NCBI GenBank assembly: GCA_021613535.1 | Contig: CP075497.1 | Coordinates: 13,640,001-13,704,000, forward strand | Length of the DNA stretch: 64,000 nucleotides | Source of the DNA: Adineta vaga | Lineage: Eukaryota; Animalia; Rotifera | Reading direction: 5' to 3' | Part shown: in pieces, positions 39,701 to 50,340 of the stretch | How positions within the stretch are numbered: the first letter of the stretch is position 1 | Layout: each line of letters starts with the position of its first letter | Position numbers and translations under genes: made by a program | The notes under the pieces: generated by a model | What the model was told of the DNA's origin: nothing | Database searches by the model: none | What the model saw: only the letters and a program-made list of their open reading frames with translations

Positions 39701-42700
39701 CGAAATAGCGAGAGAAGAACAGCTATTTCTAAAGTACTATGTATACGAAAATGATCTGATTTGATTTTCTCATCTTCCTCGTCTTTGGGATCGTTAATTG
39801 AATTGTCCGATGTTGTTGACGATGATGATGAGGTTGAAAATGATGTTTGACGTTCTCTTTGAGTTGAAACATCTTCATCAAATTGTTAGATGTTAATATC
39901 ACCGAGACTTTCATCATTTTCTTGTTCTTTATCAGAAGCGATTGATAACCAGTCTGTATCGTGATCATCATCATTTGAATTGGTGGAATCAAACGGCGTC
40001 GTATGCTGCTGTACAACATCGATCTCTCCATCAGAAAAATTCGACGGCACTAGAGAAATTTCACTTATAGAAGTAGATGATGATACCTTTTTCTTAACAA
40101 CAGAGGAACCAAATCCCGAGTACAAACTTTGAATGCTGTGGCGATATCGTAAAATATCTTGTGTTGCAGGTGAATTTATTGAAGACGTAAATCATCACAT
40201 TTCTTCAGAAAAAAAGAAATAACTTTTAAACTAACTGATGTCTTTTATCACAATTAACTGTTTCATTTTCTTTTCGGCAATAGTGTTTCGTTGCGAACGA
40301 CGAGAAAAACTCTTCCGAGTAAATGTGTTCGTTTTGATCTTCATATATTTATATTCAATCGACTTGATCTATAGTTTTATCTGCAGAACGACAAGCCGTA
40401 TAGTTAAAAAAAGATTTTCTCTATATTTTCATTCAAATATATTTATTGCATATGATTAAAAATCAAATAGTTCTCCTAACACAAGATGTCTTCTCCTTAT
40501 AGTTCATATACAGAACAATCAAGAAAATCTATTAACATTATATAGTTCAGACAAAAACTATAATAAATAGAAATATAAAAGAATCAATTTACAGGTATAT
40601 ATAGACATACATCAGGAGAAAAAGAAATGTAAAATAACTATCGTCAGAAAACAATTAAAATTTACAAAGTCATATAACGAAAACTATGAAAATAAATCTA
40701 TATTTCAACAAAAAAAGACTTATATTTGAATAACTACACAGCTAATATTGTATATAATTTAAATATGAACATACTATTCTTCGTCCATTCGATCGAAATC
40801 ACGACCAAATTGACTATTTGAGTGATTATCGTGTAAATCTTCTAAATATGTTTCCATCGTGGAGCTGCTGTTCTGAGATCTTAATTCATTCTCATTTTCA
40901 TTGTTCATATGTGGATTATTAGCATCAACTAAATTTAATTCCACATTCAAGAATTTGTTAATGTGATGTTTTCCTTGTCGTATCGATCCACCAATTGCTT
41001 CACGCATTCTTCTTTGGTAAACATAACCGGTGGATTACATTGACGCGGGAAACCTAAAAGAGAAAACAAAATAATATCTATTCATATTGATGATTCATAC
41101 CTCTACATACATAACACTAACATATATAGATCCTATCACTGCAAATGTTTAGAAATTCGCCTATTTCTATTTTCCAACTGTAAATACTTCTATCGACAAC
41201 AATATAAGTCTAGTCAAAGTATTCTTGTTATTTTTATTTAAGTCATTCTTCCAATAGAATATATTGATTAATACACTTCCGTGGCGACAATGATTTTCTT
41301 TTTCTTTCTGTCATATCGTCCGACGGAACAATGAGACGAAAGAAAAAAATATTTCGTCTTCTTTCTTTCTTTCTTTCTTTCTTTTCCTTCAAATCGATTA
41401 TTAATTCTATGACAATCGATCATTTCAATTTTATCCTCCCTCCTGATCATTTGAACTGATTTTCTCCTACGCTCCCACTTCCCTACCAAGTCGTCCTGTT
41501 CAAAACAATTCGAGGTAAGTGATAAATAATACTTACAGAAAATATCGTTAAGTAGATGTGGTTCTGCTTTAGCAAACTTCTTGATACTAATTAGTTTAGC
41601 ACGTTCATGATGTGTTGAGAATAATTTGTTAAATACGGCTGAAGCAGCTCGTTGTAGATTAAGATGACGACATTCTATCAATTCTTCTTCAGACACACCT
41701 ATTGCTTTTGCAAGTTGAGGAAAAGTTTTCGTATGAATTGAACTATTTGTATTTGTTAAGTTTTCCACCAGTTCGAGTAGAAAGGTTAAGCCATCCACAG
41801 ATGGACGTGCTACATAAACATATTATTATTACAAGAGAAATATTTGAGAATACATACGAAATGAACATGCACGATAACTATCAAATTCGGCTCGTAGTTT
41901 CATATAATCATCACGCCATGCCTTACATCGCTCAACTTCTTGATCGAGTGCTTTTCTCAGTTGTATGTATTCAGGTATAGTTTCAAGTAATGCTAAATTC
42001 GAAAAAGCAGAGCAAATCGTAAGATGTTTTGTGGATTTTCCACTAGACGAAATAGATTGAGTATTAGTGGTCGATCGAGAATTATCCCTAGAAAAGAAAT
42101 CTAGATTGTGTAACACAGATAAGAGAAATATTTACTTTTGCGCTGTAGATTTATTTCGTTTAATATTAAGTAATTGTCGATTACTAGGAGATTGAAGACA
42201 ACTAGAAAGAGTAAGAAATTTTAGTCAAAGAGGAAAGGAATATCAATAGATATTGTATCTTCTATCTTTCATTTATATAGATAGAAGAAGTGAACGGATA
42301 AGGCAGTGAATACATAGTAGAATATCTGACATGTTTTCTGAGAATTATTTTACCGGTTAGCAGATTCTCGCATAATTGATGGTGATGATAAGTGTTCTCT
42401 TACACGAGGTTCAGATCGACTAAGAATGAAACCTGTAATATGCCGAAATATTCTTAGATGAGAAACTTACGAATAATTAGAAATTTTAGTTCGACTTGAT
42501 GTAGGAATGATTGTTGGTAATGATAGTTGTGCAAGATGCGCTTCATTTGTTGTATCTAGAACAATTGATTCATTCCCATCATCCATTTCTGTTGCGTCAC
42601 AAGCATTGCTTGAATGAATTTGTGAAACAATCGGACTACAAGTCGAAATCACAGCTTCTAATGTTTCATATGCACGTTGTGTACGAACATCAGCATAAGT

Positions 42701-45700
42701 AGTCGTTGAATTCTTATGAATAACTGATGAGTTGAGTGGACGACTTTGTTTATTTGCGTTCGAGTTAGAAATGCCATTTTTCTTCGGACTGGATTTGGTA
42801 TCTAAAATACGAATGGTTTTTCACCGTTTAAAATCTATTACCATATTACCCTGCAAAGATTCTTCCTGACAGTCAACTAATAATGAATCTTTTTCCAATG
42901 AACTTTCTTCACTCGTATCACTTAGATTAATCCGTGTAGCAGTGTTTGAATGTGTATTTGGTTTGCCTTTTAAGATAGTCGTTGATCGTTTTGTTACTGA
43001 AGTTTGAGGGGTTTTTTTTGTTATAATTGAACTGTTCGGTCGTCTACGTTTTGAAGCTGCACGAGTTAAAGTCATTTGCACGAAAAATGAATATTAAGAA
43101 GAAAATTCACGATTTGTGCAAGTAAATAATGCAAAAGTAAACTTTCGCTAGCAGATGAAATAGAAATTATTATTGATTGCCTAATCAGTGAACTATTTAT
43201 AGTGTTGAAATCATAAACCAAGACGGACGATTAGGATGAAGCGTAAGCACCCCTTTTTATTGATTTTCACTTAGTACATATCAAATATAGCAGTGATGCC
43301 TCGAATTGAATGTGTCTTTTCTTTTTCGTCCGCCTATTCGGTTAATGATATATAGACAAGAACGGAAGAAGATACGTATATATATATCTAGGTGTATTAG
43401 CTGAATTCCTCGAGGGTACGACTGTTTTGATAGTACCTTTCTTTACAGTCGTCATTCTATTCTTATAATACTAATAGACTATAACAAATGGCTTGTTAAA
43501 AATCATTCTTAGCAACAATGCCGCATTTTCGTGAAACTATATGAACAACAATAAAAAACAAGCCATTGTGTAATTAATATATGAGAATTAAATAAAATCA
43601 TACGAGGAATATGTTTAATAATGAAAAGATAACTAGAGAAAGTTGTAGGTAACATATGAAGAAACTTGTTATTGAAATGGTGAAATCTATTTACATAACA
43701 TTCGTTTTTTCAGTACGCGGTGAAACGTTTTTAATATTTTTGAGGGTCAACTTCTCGAAAGATGCACTAGAATTTCTATATATGGAAGTGCGACTTTTTT
43801 CCTTTTCGATATTTTCATATGCCAATTAAAACGACATGAAATTATACCGTTGTATACTACTCGTCGTGGGCTATCTGCCACACTATAAAGCAATTCGAAG
43901 AACAAGTGTATAGAAGCAGATATTTGAGTAAGAAAGTTTCTAAGTTTTTTTTGCAAACAACTATACATGAGGTGAGTATTATCTCTTCACAGCAACGCTA
44001 CGATAAAGAACGAAGCTGTTTTTTAATTATTTTTCATTTTTGCTTGTGAATCAAGACAGCGAAACTGAACTTTTCATTGTTTAGATTAATTTGATTATGA
44101 TTGACAAAAAAATAGACCATGTAATTCCACTTAAAATTACGTTTCAGTTATAGAGTGAGGCAAATGTTATATAATTTCGTTTGTTTTTTTATTATTCAGA
44201 AAACTGATCCTATGATTCTAGTAGTACAAATCAATAAAAAAGAGCATATAAAAGGGTAAAATGATCATAATGAAGATAAAGAGGAATGCATATACACAAG
44301 CAGCAAATATTGATAAAATACCATGTAATAACACCTGAAAATGTGCTTTTATACGTTTTCAAAAAACGAAAAAATTTATCGTAAAAGCTAGAAATTTGCA
44401 AATATTATTATGCTTAAAGTCTCAAGTTTTCCACAAAAAACGTACATTTAAAGGTATTATCACATGTCTTTTTTATCGATTTATTGTTCTAGGTAGAAGC
44501 ATTGGAATATGCCCAGATAAAAAGTTTAATTTGTCGGATGGACAGATTCTGAAATTTTCTGAGCAACTGAATTTTACCAATTTCATAATTAGGAGCAACA
44601 GAACTAGCTAGTATAAAACTCAACTAAGTAACAATTTTTTGAATTACAGATTGATTACATATGAATCTTTTAGATCTTCTCAAACATTTTCTTGAAATGT
44701 TTCCTTCGATCCAACGCTATCTGAGCGCATTCAGATTGAGTTTTTCGAATAATGATATTGCATCGTTCAAGTTAGCAAGACTAATTAGATACGTTTTCTC
44801 AATAGAAAGAGCAGTAATCTCCAAATAACTTTTGATCTAGGTTAGATAGAATAAGGTAGCCGAAATATTTATACTTCCGAGCTCAATTGAATTTTTCTCA
44901 GAATCATAATTAAAATCAGTGTCAGACTAACGATAAGTAATTTCGCAGACACTTACTAAGGTTTTAACTTTATTCAAATTAAGACATTGAAAAGAGTGCT
45001 GAATTTCTTTTTGACTAGCGGCAGTTTCAGCTACATTATCAGCGAAAAATTGATAAATAAAATAGAGGTTAAAACACTAACTTGTGGACCACCTTTCTCA
45101 AAGTAGACAATCGAGATATTTTACTAACTTGCTAAGTTCTGTCAAACGAACATGAATTTAAATATATCGAATAGAACTGTATAAAAAATATTTGTTCAGA
45201 CTATCTGTTGCGATCACGAAATGTTCTTTGACATATATTTAATTTGTAGGTGCTGGTGTTTTTGCCGGTTATTGTAATGAATTCGATGATCATGACAGTG
45301 CAAAAGTTCTCTTTATGTTTGACAAGCAAATATTTTACCGTACAGGCGATTTTGCAAAGCTAAATGTGCAAAGTAAACTGCTCGAGTTTAAAGGACGTCG
45401 AGATTATCAAGTGAAATTGAGAGGACAAAGGATTGATTTGGGAGAAATAGAATCAACTATACTGGCTGCAACTCCCTTTGTTCAAAATTGTGTTGTTATG
45501 AAGCAGGAAGCACAAGATGCATACGACAATGATGCATTTTTAGTTGCTTATCTAACGGCACATCAGAATTCAGTTGATGACAAAGATAAACTTTGCGAAC
45601 AAATTGCTTTTTATTGCCAACAACATCTACCAACATATATGGTTCCTTTAAGGTGGTCCTTTCTGGATTCATTCCCAACGAATCAAAATGGAAAAATAGA

Positions 45701-48070
45701 TCGAAAATTATTACCTTATGTAAAACGCACTCCTTATCAAAAGATCGTCAGTCAACCGACAACATCTCTAGAAAGACAGCTTAGACAGATATTTAGCAAA
45801 GCATTTTCCATCGAGTCAGATGTTATTGATGTTACTCTTTCATTTGAACAACTTGGTGGTACATCCCTCGGAATAATACGCGCTCTTTCGCTAATTCAAC
45901 ACAGCGTGTACAAGCATATGGACATACATTTACTTTTAACTAATCCATCTGTTCGGCAGTTAGGTATGAAAATCGAATCTCTTCTTTATCTACATGATAA
46001 CGAATTACATGAAATGATAGAATATGATGATTCATCTTTATATCTTCAGCCTTCATTATTTATCGAAGCATTTGCTATGCTTCTTCTAATGATTTTGTGG
46101 ATATTTCCCGTATGGATTGCCTACACATCGATGTTACCGATAGTTATGATTGTTCTTTTTATTGTCTCATTTCATTTGTTCACATATACGATACTGGTGC
46201 ATATTCTGAAACCATTCGTTAAAGAACAAGACCAAGAACTTTTCTCCTTCTCTTATTATGCATGGTGGTTTCTTAGTCGATTGTGGACATTAAACAGCAC
46301 TTTTTGGCTTTGTTCTTTAGTTGGGACACCCTTCTATAATGCTTATCTACGAATGTGTGGTGCCCATATTGGCAACAATGTGCATATTTACACAGTATTA
46401 ATAGATGCTCCATGGCTTATTGATATAAGTGAAGAAACTTTTATTGGCGAGGAAGTCTATTTCAATCATATATCGTATCAAAATAAAACTTTTGAACTAC
46501 GTAGAATTTTGATCGGCCGTTCGTGTTTCATAGGGGCGTACAGTGTTCTCTACGAAGGTGCAGCAATGAGAGATGGATCTTTTGTAGAATCCTATTCCGC
46601 TGTCAAAGGCAATTTTATTGGTTCTGATGTGCAGTATACATCATGTTCATATCGGCCTACTTGGGTTTTAATCTTTCAATTTCTGTCGCTTCTGGCTGTA
46701 ACAACAGTTTACGCTATGTCACTTAAAATCGTTTTCGCTATACATGTACCTATGATTCCATTACTTTTATCTGTTCCCCTTCGTTTTCTTCTATGGATTC
46801 TCTTATCAGCCACTATTGCTTTACTGGCACTTAAATTTGTTGCTGGAAAAATAGAATTTGGTAACTATAGTTTTTATTCATGGAGTTATTTACGTTGTCT
46901 CTGGTTTCGTCGACTAATTATTTCATTTTTCTATTATCCGCTTTCGCAAATAGTGTGCGGCTATCAACGTTTCTCTCTCGTGATACTCTCCTGGCTAGGT
47001 ATGGATATTCGAGGAACCAATATAGAGATTGCTGATGTTATTCCGTTTCTCCTTTATCCTTCTCATCTTGTTTCAATTGACGATGATGTCACGACTTTCG
47101 GAGGTGTACATTTACTTCCTTTTTATATTAATACGAATGGCCAATGTGTTGTTGATAGCATAAAGCTAGGAAGAGGCGTAACTCTTGGTAATCATTGTTT
47201 AATTCATCCTGGCGTTCATCTTCCGTCTGGTACACTGGTGGCTACATTAACAAGAGTAACTCAAAATACTGAATGTGCCGACGGAAAAGTACTCCTTGGA
47301 TTACCTGCTCGTTCAATGCCATTCATTCAGCCGTCTTCTATTAGTAATTCGTATTCAACTACCAGCAGATTTACTGTTTTCAAAGCAGTAGTTCTGGAAA
47401 TTATTGCTAACACAATACCTTTACTCATTGTATCTAGTATTCAACTTGAATCTATGAAGAACTATTTTTTCATCATATTGTTTATGTTTGTATTGATCTA
47501 TTCTATTTTGGTTTGCGGACTCAATCGGTATTGTGTACAAACAAAACCAGGAGCGTATTCATTCGAAGAAACAACAAGTAATTGGTGTCATGTACTTATT
47601 GTAAAAATGACAATCAATTGGACAAACCTTCTCGAACCATTCCTAGGTGGCACTCAGTGGCTCATCTTTTTGGCAAGAGGTCTTGGTGTTCGAATCAAAG
47701 GTTCTGATGTAATTTTATCTTCCTTATCTAACGTCACAGATTATCATCTGATCACAATTGGCGAACATGTACGCATGCATAACAGAGCCATTTTACAGGT
47801 AAGTCGTTTTGAAATAATTTTGATACATCATACTTTTGTGAATAATTGAAGTGCCACACATTCGAACAACGTGTTTATAAATTAGCTCCAATCATTGTTG
47901 GTCCAAGGTCGATCATTAAATCAACATCATTCATTCTGCCTGGTGCTAAACTGGATGGTGCTAACGTTATTGAACCGTTGACATTGATCATGAAGGAAGA
48001 ACATCTACGTGAAGGTATTCATTATTATGGAAATCCTGCTCGAACTCAACCGGGCAATATCACTTATTGA
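2733..48070 (+). CDS. Giant spliced multimodular NRPS, 5'-truncated by the window: A(half)-T-[C-A-T]x6-Pls/PosA-like terminal domain
   Basis: Exons inferred from GT-AG sites: 2733-3748, 3806-5394, 5443-6058, 11512-12528, 12586-14228, 14292-14565, 15354-15696, 15753-16165, 16518-17124, 17182-19403, 19460-20479, 20537-22762, 28318-29343, 29401-31620, 31669-32679, 33312-35200, 35255-35570, 35637-35888, 45250-47798, 47852-48070. All exon phases agree after three 1-nt corrections (~2829, ~13140, ~19148), giving ~7,490 codons. Motifs seen: SFAQTRIY and HHxxxD[G/A] (C); TSGSTGxPK, YGPAE, TGD, QVKLRGQR, NGK (A); LGG[N/T]SL (T). Confidence 0.88.
3806..12528 (+). CDS. NRPS module 1 (C-A-T), split by 48-nt and 5.45-kb introns
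   Basis: GPASFAQTRIYLDE, FHHAAFDG, IGFFVNTLP, LTYAEL, FTSGSTSTPK, SFDIHMQE, CSIG|E (intron 6059-11511), YGPAE, GGNSL. Confidence 0.88.
8842..9963. mobile_element. hAT-like non-autonomous element (duplicate of 58-1181)
   Basis: Same termini and flanks as 58-1181. Confidence 0.6.
10700..11068. mobile_element. MITE, duplicate of 1921-2289
   Basis: Same TIRs and ACCTAACC TSD. Confidence 0.8.
12586..17124 (+). CDS. NRPS module 2 (C-A-T), four internal introns, 1-nt frameshift near 13140
   Basis: FHHIAFDA, LTYGE, LTSGSTGQPKA|VQIRHKNF, FDVHVEE, SAG|E, YGPAET, YKTGD, DYQ|VKLHGQR, NGKIDRK, GGNSL. Confidence 0.85.
14621..15284. mobile_element. hAT-like MITE in an NRPS intron
   Basis: TIR cagagcccgaaac / gttttgggctcta; perfect 8-bp TSD GTTTTCAT at 14613-14620 and 15285-15292. 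Confidence 0.8.
16199..16411. mobile_element. Possible short MITE (MULE-like 9-bp TSD)
   Basis: Direct repeat AAATATCAA at 16190-16198 and 16412-16420; only weak terminal inverted similarity (cgggctttg / catagtccg). Confidence 0.35.
17182..20479 (+). CDS. NRPS module 3 (C-A-T), 1-nt frameshift near 19148
   Basis: FHHIAFDA, FTSGSTGMPKG, FDVHAFE, TGG|E (intron 19404-19459), YSPAE, IKFRGQR, NGKIDRK, GGNSL. Confidence 0.85.
20537..29343 (+). CDS. NRPS module 4 (C-A-T), split by a 5.55-kb intron
   Basis: FHHIAFDA, FTSGSTGMPKA, FDVHAME, TGG|E (intron 22763-28317), FAPAE, TGDL, QVKLRGQRIELGEIE, GGNSL. Confidence 0.88.
22931..23359. mobile_element. MITE with CAAGGG terminus, 8-bp TSD and internal degenerate repeats
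   Basis: Termini caagggaaaaac / gttcccccctta; TSD AACTGGAT at 22923-22930 and 23360-23367; internal GTACTC..GGATTC units in both orientations. Confidence 0.75.
25695..27586. mobile_element. Old hAT-like non-autonomous element hosting the maT transposon
   Basis: Termini cagggttgccgg / ctgacagtcccg (degenerate); flanks gttgcaac/gttataag (5/8 match). Confidence 0.3.
26155..27463 (+). mobile_element. Tc1/mariner DD37D (maT-type) transposon, inactive
   Basis: 36-bp perfect TIR acgggtggcccataaagaatgatagtcttagtattt and TA TSD. Transposase 26316-27337 has stops (26334, ~26694), a frameshift near 26890 and the first catalytic Asp mutated (FSVEK). QQDGAKPH...NPLDY spacing is 37. Confidence 0.92.
29401..32679 (+). 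CDS. NRPS module 5 (C-A-T)
   Basis: FHHIAFDA, FTSGSTGVPK, FDIHAQE, TGG|E (intron 31621-31668), YGPAE, YRTGDL, NGKIDR; divergent T domain FFSVGGNSL. Confidence 0.9.
32695..33271. mobile_element. Tc1/mariner-type MITE in the T5/C6 intron
   Basis: TIR gtgaatccatgaggacctatcca / tggataagtccttatggattcac with TA flanks. Removing it leaves a ~53-nt intron like its paralogs. Confidence 0.75.
33312..45990 (+). CDS. NRPS module 6 (C-A-T), split by a 9.36-kb intron
   Basis: GIASFAQTRIY, FHHISFDG, FTSGSTGTPKA|VQLRHRNF, FDAHLEE, SGG|E, YGPAE, IGG|AGVFAGY (intron 35889-45249), YRTGD, NGKIDRK, FEQLGGTSL. Confidence 0.88.
36900..40344 (-). mobile_element. CACTA/EnSpm (CMC)-like transposase, intron-containing and degenerate
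   Basis: Motifs TLNSDGV..SLW..VINEIP..LRF, VVADKP...GFYGCTNC, FLTDSLHNLYAG, FKANELR, HVASSVREYGPLMNYSTFNFESLIG. Candidate terminus CCCAG at 36054 with AAACGGT/ACCGTTT subterminal repeats. Confidence 0.8.
40774..43081 (-). CDS. Second spliced ORF of the CACTA-like element (coiled-coil, possible BEN/TnpA-like accessory protein), probably degenerate
   Basis: Chain of same-strand ORFs joined by GT-AG introns, tandem with the transposase: basic N-terminus, S/T-rich linker, coiled-coil EYIQLRKALDQEVERCK, helical C-terminal domain. Confidence 0.45.
46042..48070 (+). CDS. Pls/PosA-type NRPS terminal domain (hydrophobic segments alternating with three hexapeptide/acyltransferase-like repeats)
   Basis: Hydrophobic helix pairs precede three repeats: GTPFYNAYLRMCGAHIGNNVHI...ILIGRSCFIGAYSVL; WLGMDI...LVSIDDDV...IKLGRGVTLGNHCLIHPG...GLPA; GGTQWLIFLARGLGVRI...LITIGEHV...LQ|CHTFEQRVYK...LTLIMKEE...GNPA. 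This matches my recollection of the TIGR02353/Pls pattern (GTP..LR.LGA.IG, QTHLF.DR.MK, SLVMKGE...G.P). Confidence 0.85.
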
Positions 48071-48183
48071 ACTCTTCATTATCATAATCATTTACTCATT
48101 GACTTATAAACACAATTTTAAGAACATTTTCAACTTCTAAACATTATAGACTTTAATCATTAGAAATAACTAATATTTCTTGG

Positions 48184-48189
48184 AATAAA
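48184..48189 (+). promoter_or_regulatory. Candidate polyadenylation signal of the NRPS
   Basis: AATAAA ~115 nt after the stop codon, followed by T-rich sequence. Confidence 0.4.
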
Positions 48190-48252
48190 TCACACTTTTT
48201 TTCAAAATAAGTTTCACACTATATTGCAAGGGTGAGGATATGACTCAAGCAT

Positions 48253-48297
48253 TCTACGGCGCGTTTCGAACTTTGCTAAGAGGTCTCATCAGGTAGA
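48253..48297 (-). ncRNA. Degenerate Penelope-type (type I) hammerhead ribozyme
   Basis: Minus strand reads TCTAC-CTGATGA-GACCT(cttagcaa)AGTTC-GAAACGCG-CC-GTAGA. Stem I is 5 bp; the cleavage triplet is GCC instead of GUC. Confidence 0.65.
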
Positions 48298-49200
48298 TTA
48301 GACTGAAATAATTATCCGAGATGATTGTGAAAATCATAGATAAATTATTTCAACAAAATATTATTGTTTTTTAATACAATTCAAACTTTTGAAATCATAT
48401 AAATCAGATGATGTTGTGTCTATTTGATTTACTAGCAGCGTTAAGCACTGTTTAGTATAGATATCTGGAATTTTTCAAATTTACCCCGAATATATAGAAA
48501 GTTTGGTTTACTTTTTCAAGTATTCCATATATTTTTCTATTCGTTCGTTTAAATATCGTCTTCTGAACTATATTCGTAGGATTATTGCAATAAATGTCTT
48601 AGGATGTTAGCATTCTTTACGTTATAATTTCCGTCAAGGTCATCATCGTAATTTTCGGTCACGACTATCATTTTTATTATCGTTGAATGAATTCTATGTT
48701 TTCTTTTATATATATTTGGAATGAAGAAAAGATAGCATGAGAATTAGAAGAGGAAATGATCATCATTATTCAGATATAATATGTTGTTCAGCAAAAAAAA
48801 TAGAAGAAAAAGACATTAACTACAGACAAATAAGGAAAGAGAAAATGATTAAGCAATTTTCAGTGTAACTATGTAAAGTAGGTTAAACTAATTTGATCGA
48901 AAAAAGAATGTCGAACATAATAAAGGTTATTTTCGTGGAACGTTTGTTCTATTTATATTCAGTGAACATCTTATTTTCATTCCTTTTCAACTAAAACGAA
49001 TTCTAACAGGATCATTGTCATCTTCGAACTCGATCGAGATACTGATTAGACTAAACTGTACAAAAAATTTCTTCGCAGGTTATCGTGTAAACGGACGGAC
49101 GGACACACTGACCGATTCTAGTTACACTAAATAAATAAAAATATAACTTCGATTAAATTTTTGCTTTTATTAAAACAGAAAATATTGAAAAAGAATAGTT

Positions 49201-50100
49201 TCAATCTGTAATCAAATTAAATCTTTGAATTCGACTATTTTGTTGATCAACAACATAAAGATCTCCTTCAATATCAAATGATAAATCAGTGGGAAAATAA
49301 AGCTCATTTGATTCGCTTCCATATCCATTTCTACCAACGATAATTTCACCTTCTGTCGCTCCTTTACTCCAACGCATTATTCGATGATTCCAACAATCTG
49401 CCACATAGATTTGACCAAAATCATCAACAATTATTCCTCTAAGAGAATCCAATTGATTCGTATTATTTCCTTGACCATTTCCTCCAGCTACAACTATGCA
49501 TTCTTTTGCATCTTTTTTCCATTTCATTACACGATGATTTTTACTATCTGGAACATAAATTGATTGTTCATCATCAACAATGACAAAGCTAGGTTGATTG
49601 AATTGATTAAGTTGATTTCCTTCCCCATTTCCACCAGCAACTAATATTCCTTCTTTTCCTTTTATTTCTCCCATTTTCCATTTTCTCATTTCATTCTTCT
49701 CCAAATCAGAAACATAAAGAAATCCTTATTTATCCATTGCCAAACCATAACACTTGATATTTTCAATAAGAATTTCTTGTTGATTTTCATTAAACCATCG
49801 AATTACTCGTCGGTTGTCTCGATCAGCAATGATCAATGAATTATTTTCTTGTCCAATTATAATAATATCTCTTGGATTATTCAATTGATTTGTTCTATTT
49901 CTCCATCCATTCCTACCTGCAACAATTGTTCCTTGTTCATTTAATTTCCATTTCATAATAAGATGATTCCATTGATCAGAAATAAAAATGTTCTTATTTT
50001 CATCAATAACAATTCCAACAGGACAAGCAAGTTGATTTCATTTATCTCTATAGAAATTTCCTCCAGCGACAGTCTTTCCTTCTTGTTCCCATTTCTTGAA
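49201..50100 (-). pseudogene. NHL-repeat (beta-propeller) gene, frameshifted
   Basis: Repeats VAGGNG.G..NQL..P..I.VD....IYV.D..NHRVMKW spread over several frames with stops. Confidence 0.85.
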
Positions 50101-50340
50101 TTTTATTTATAAAAATGGCCAATACTTTGTTGTTTCATTTGAAATGGTCTTTTTTCTATTGACACGAAGCTATCAAAGCAGATTTCAATAAACTCGAACT
50201 CTTGAATGATACAATACTAAATATCTAGTGAAAATATTAATACTCTCACACAGACTTCAATATCCATCGATATATCAGTAACAAATCTCAACTCATTTAA
50301 ATATGTTGTGGTCAACGGGATTACTGTAGTAACGGAACAG

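Larger units (their letters stand above)
36009..43963. mobile_element. Tc1-like remnant whose TIRs enclose the CACTA-like element
   Basis: cagttgtttgcaaaaaacttagaaa (36009) is inverted at tttctaagttttttttgcaaacaact (43937-43962), followed by A and then TA. Confidence 0.55.

Noticed and set aside
43081-45249. Second terminus of the CACTA-like element
   Set aside because: No CTGGG end or matching subterminal repeats found, so the element boundary is left open.
2733-48070. Bacterial NRPS operon of many separate ORFs, or bacterial contamination
   Set aside because: ORF breaks coincide with GT-AG introns in consistent phase, and the introns contain eukaryotic transposons.
45990-48070. Thioesterase or reductase release domain
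   Set aside because: No GxSxG hydrolase or Rossmann/SDR motif; the region is hydrophobic with hexapeptide repeats.
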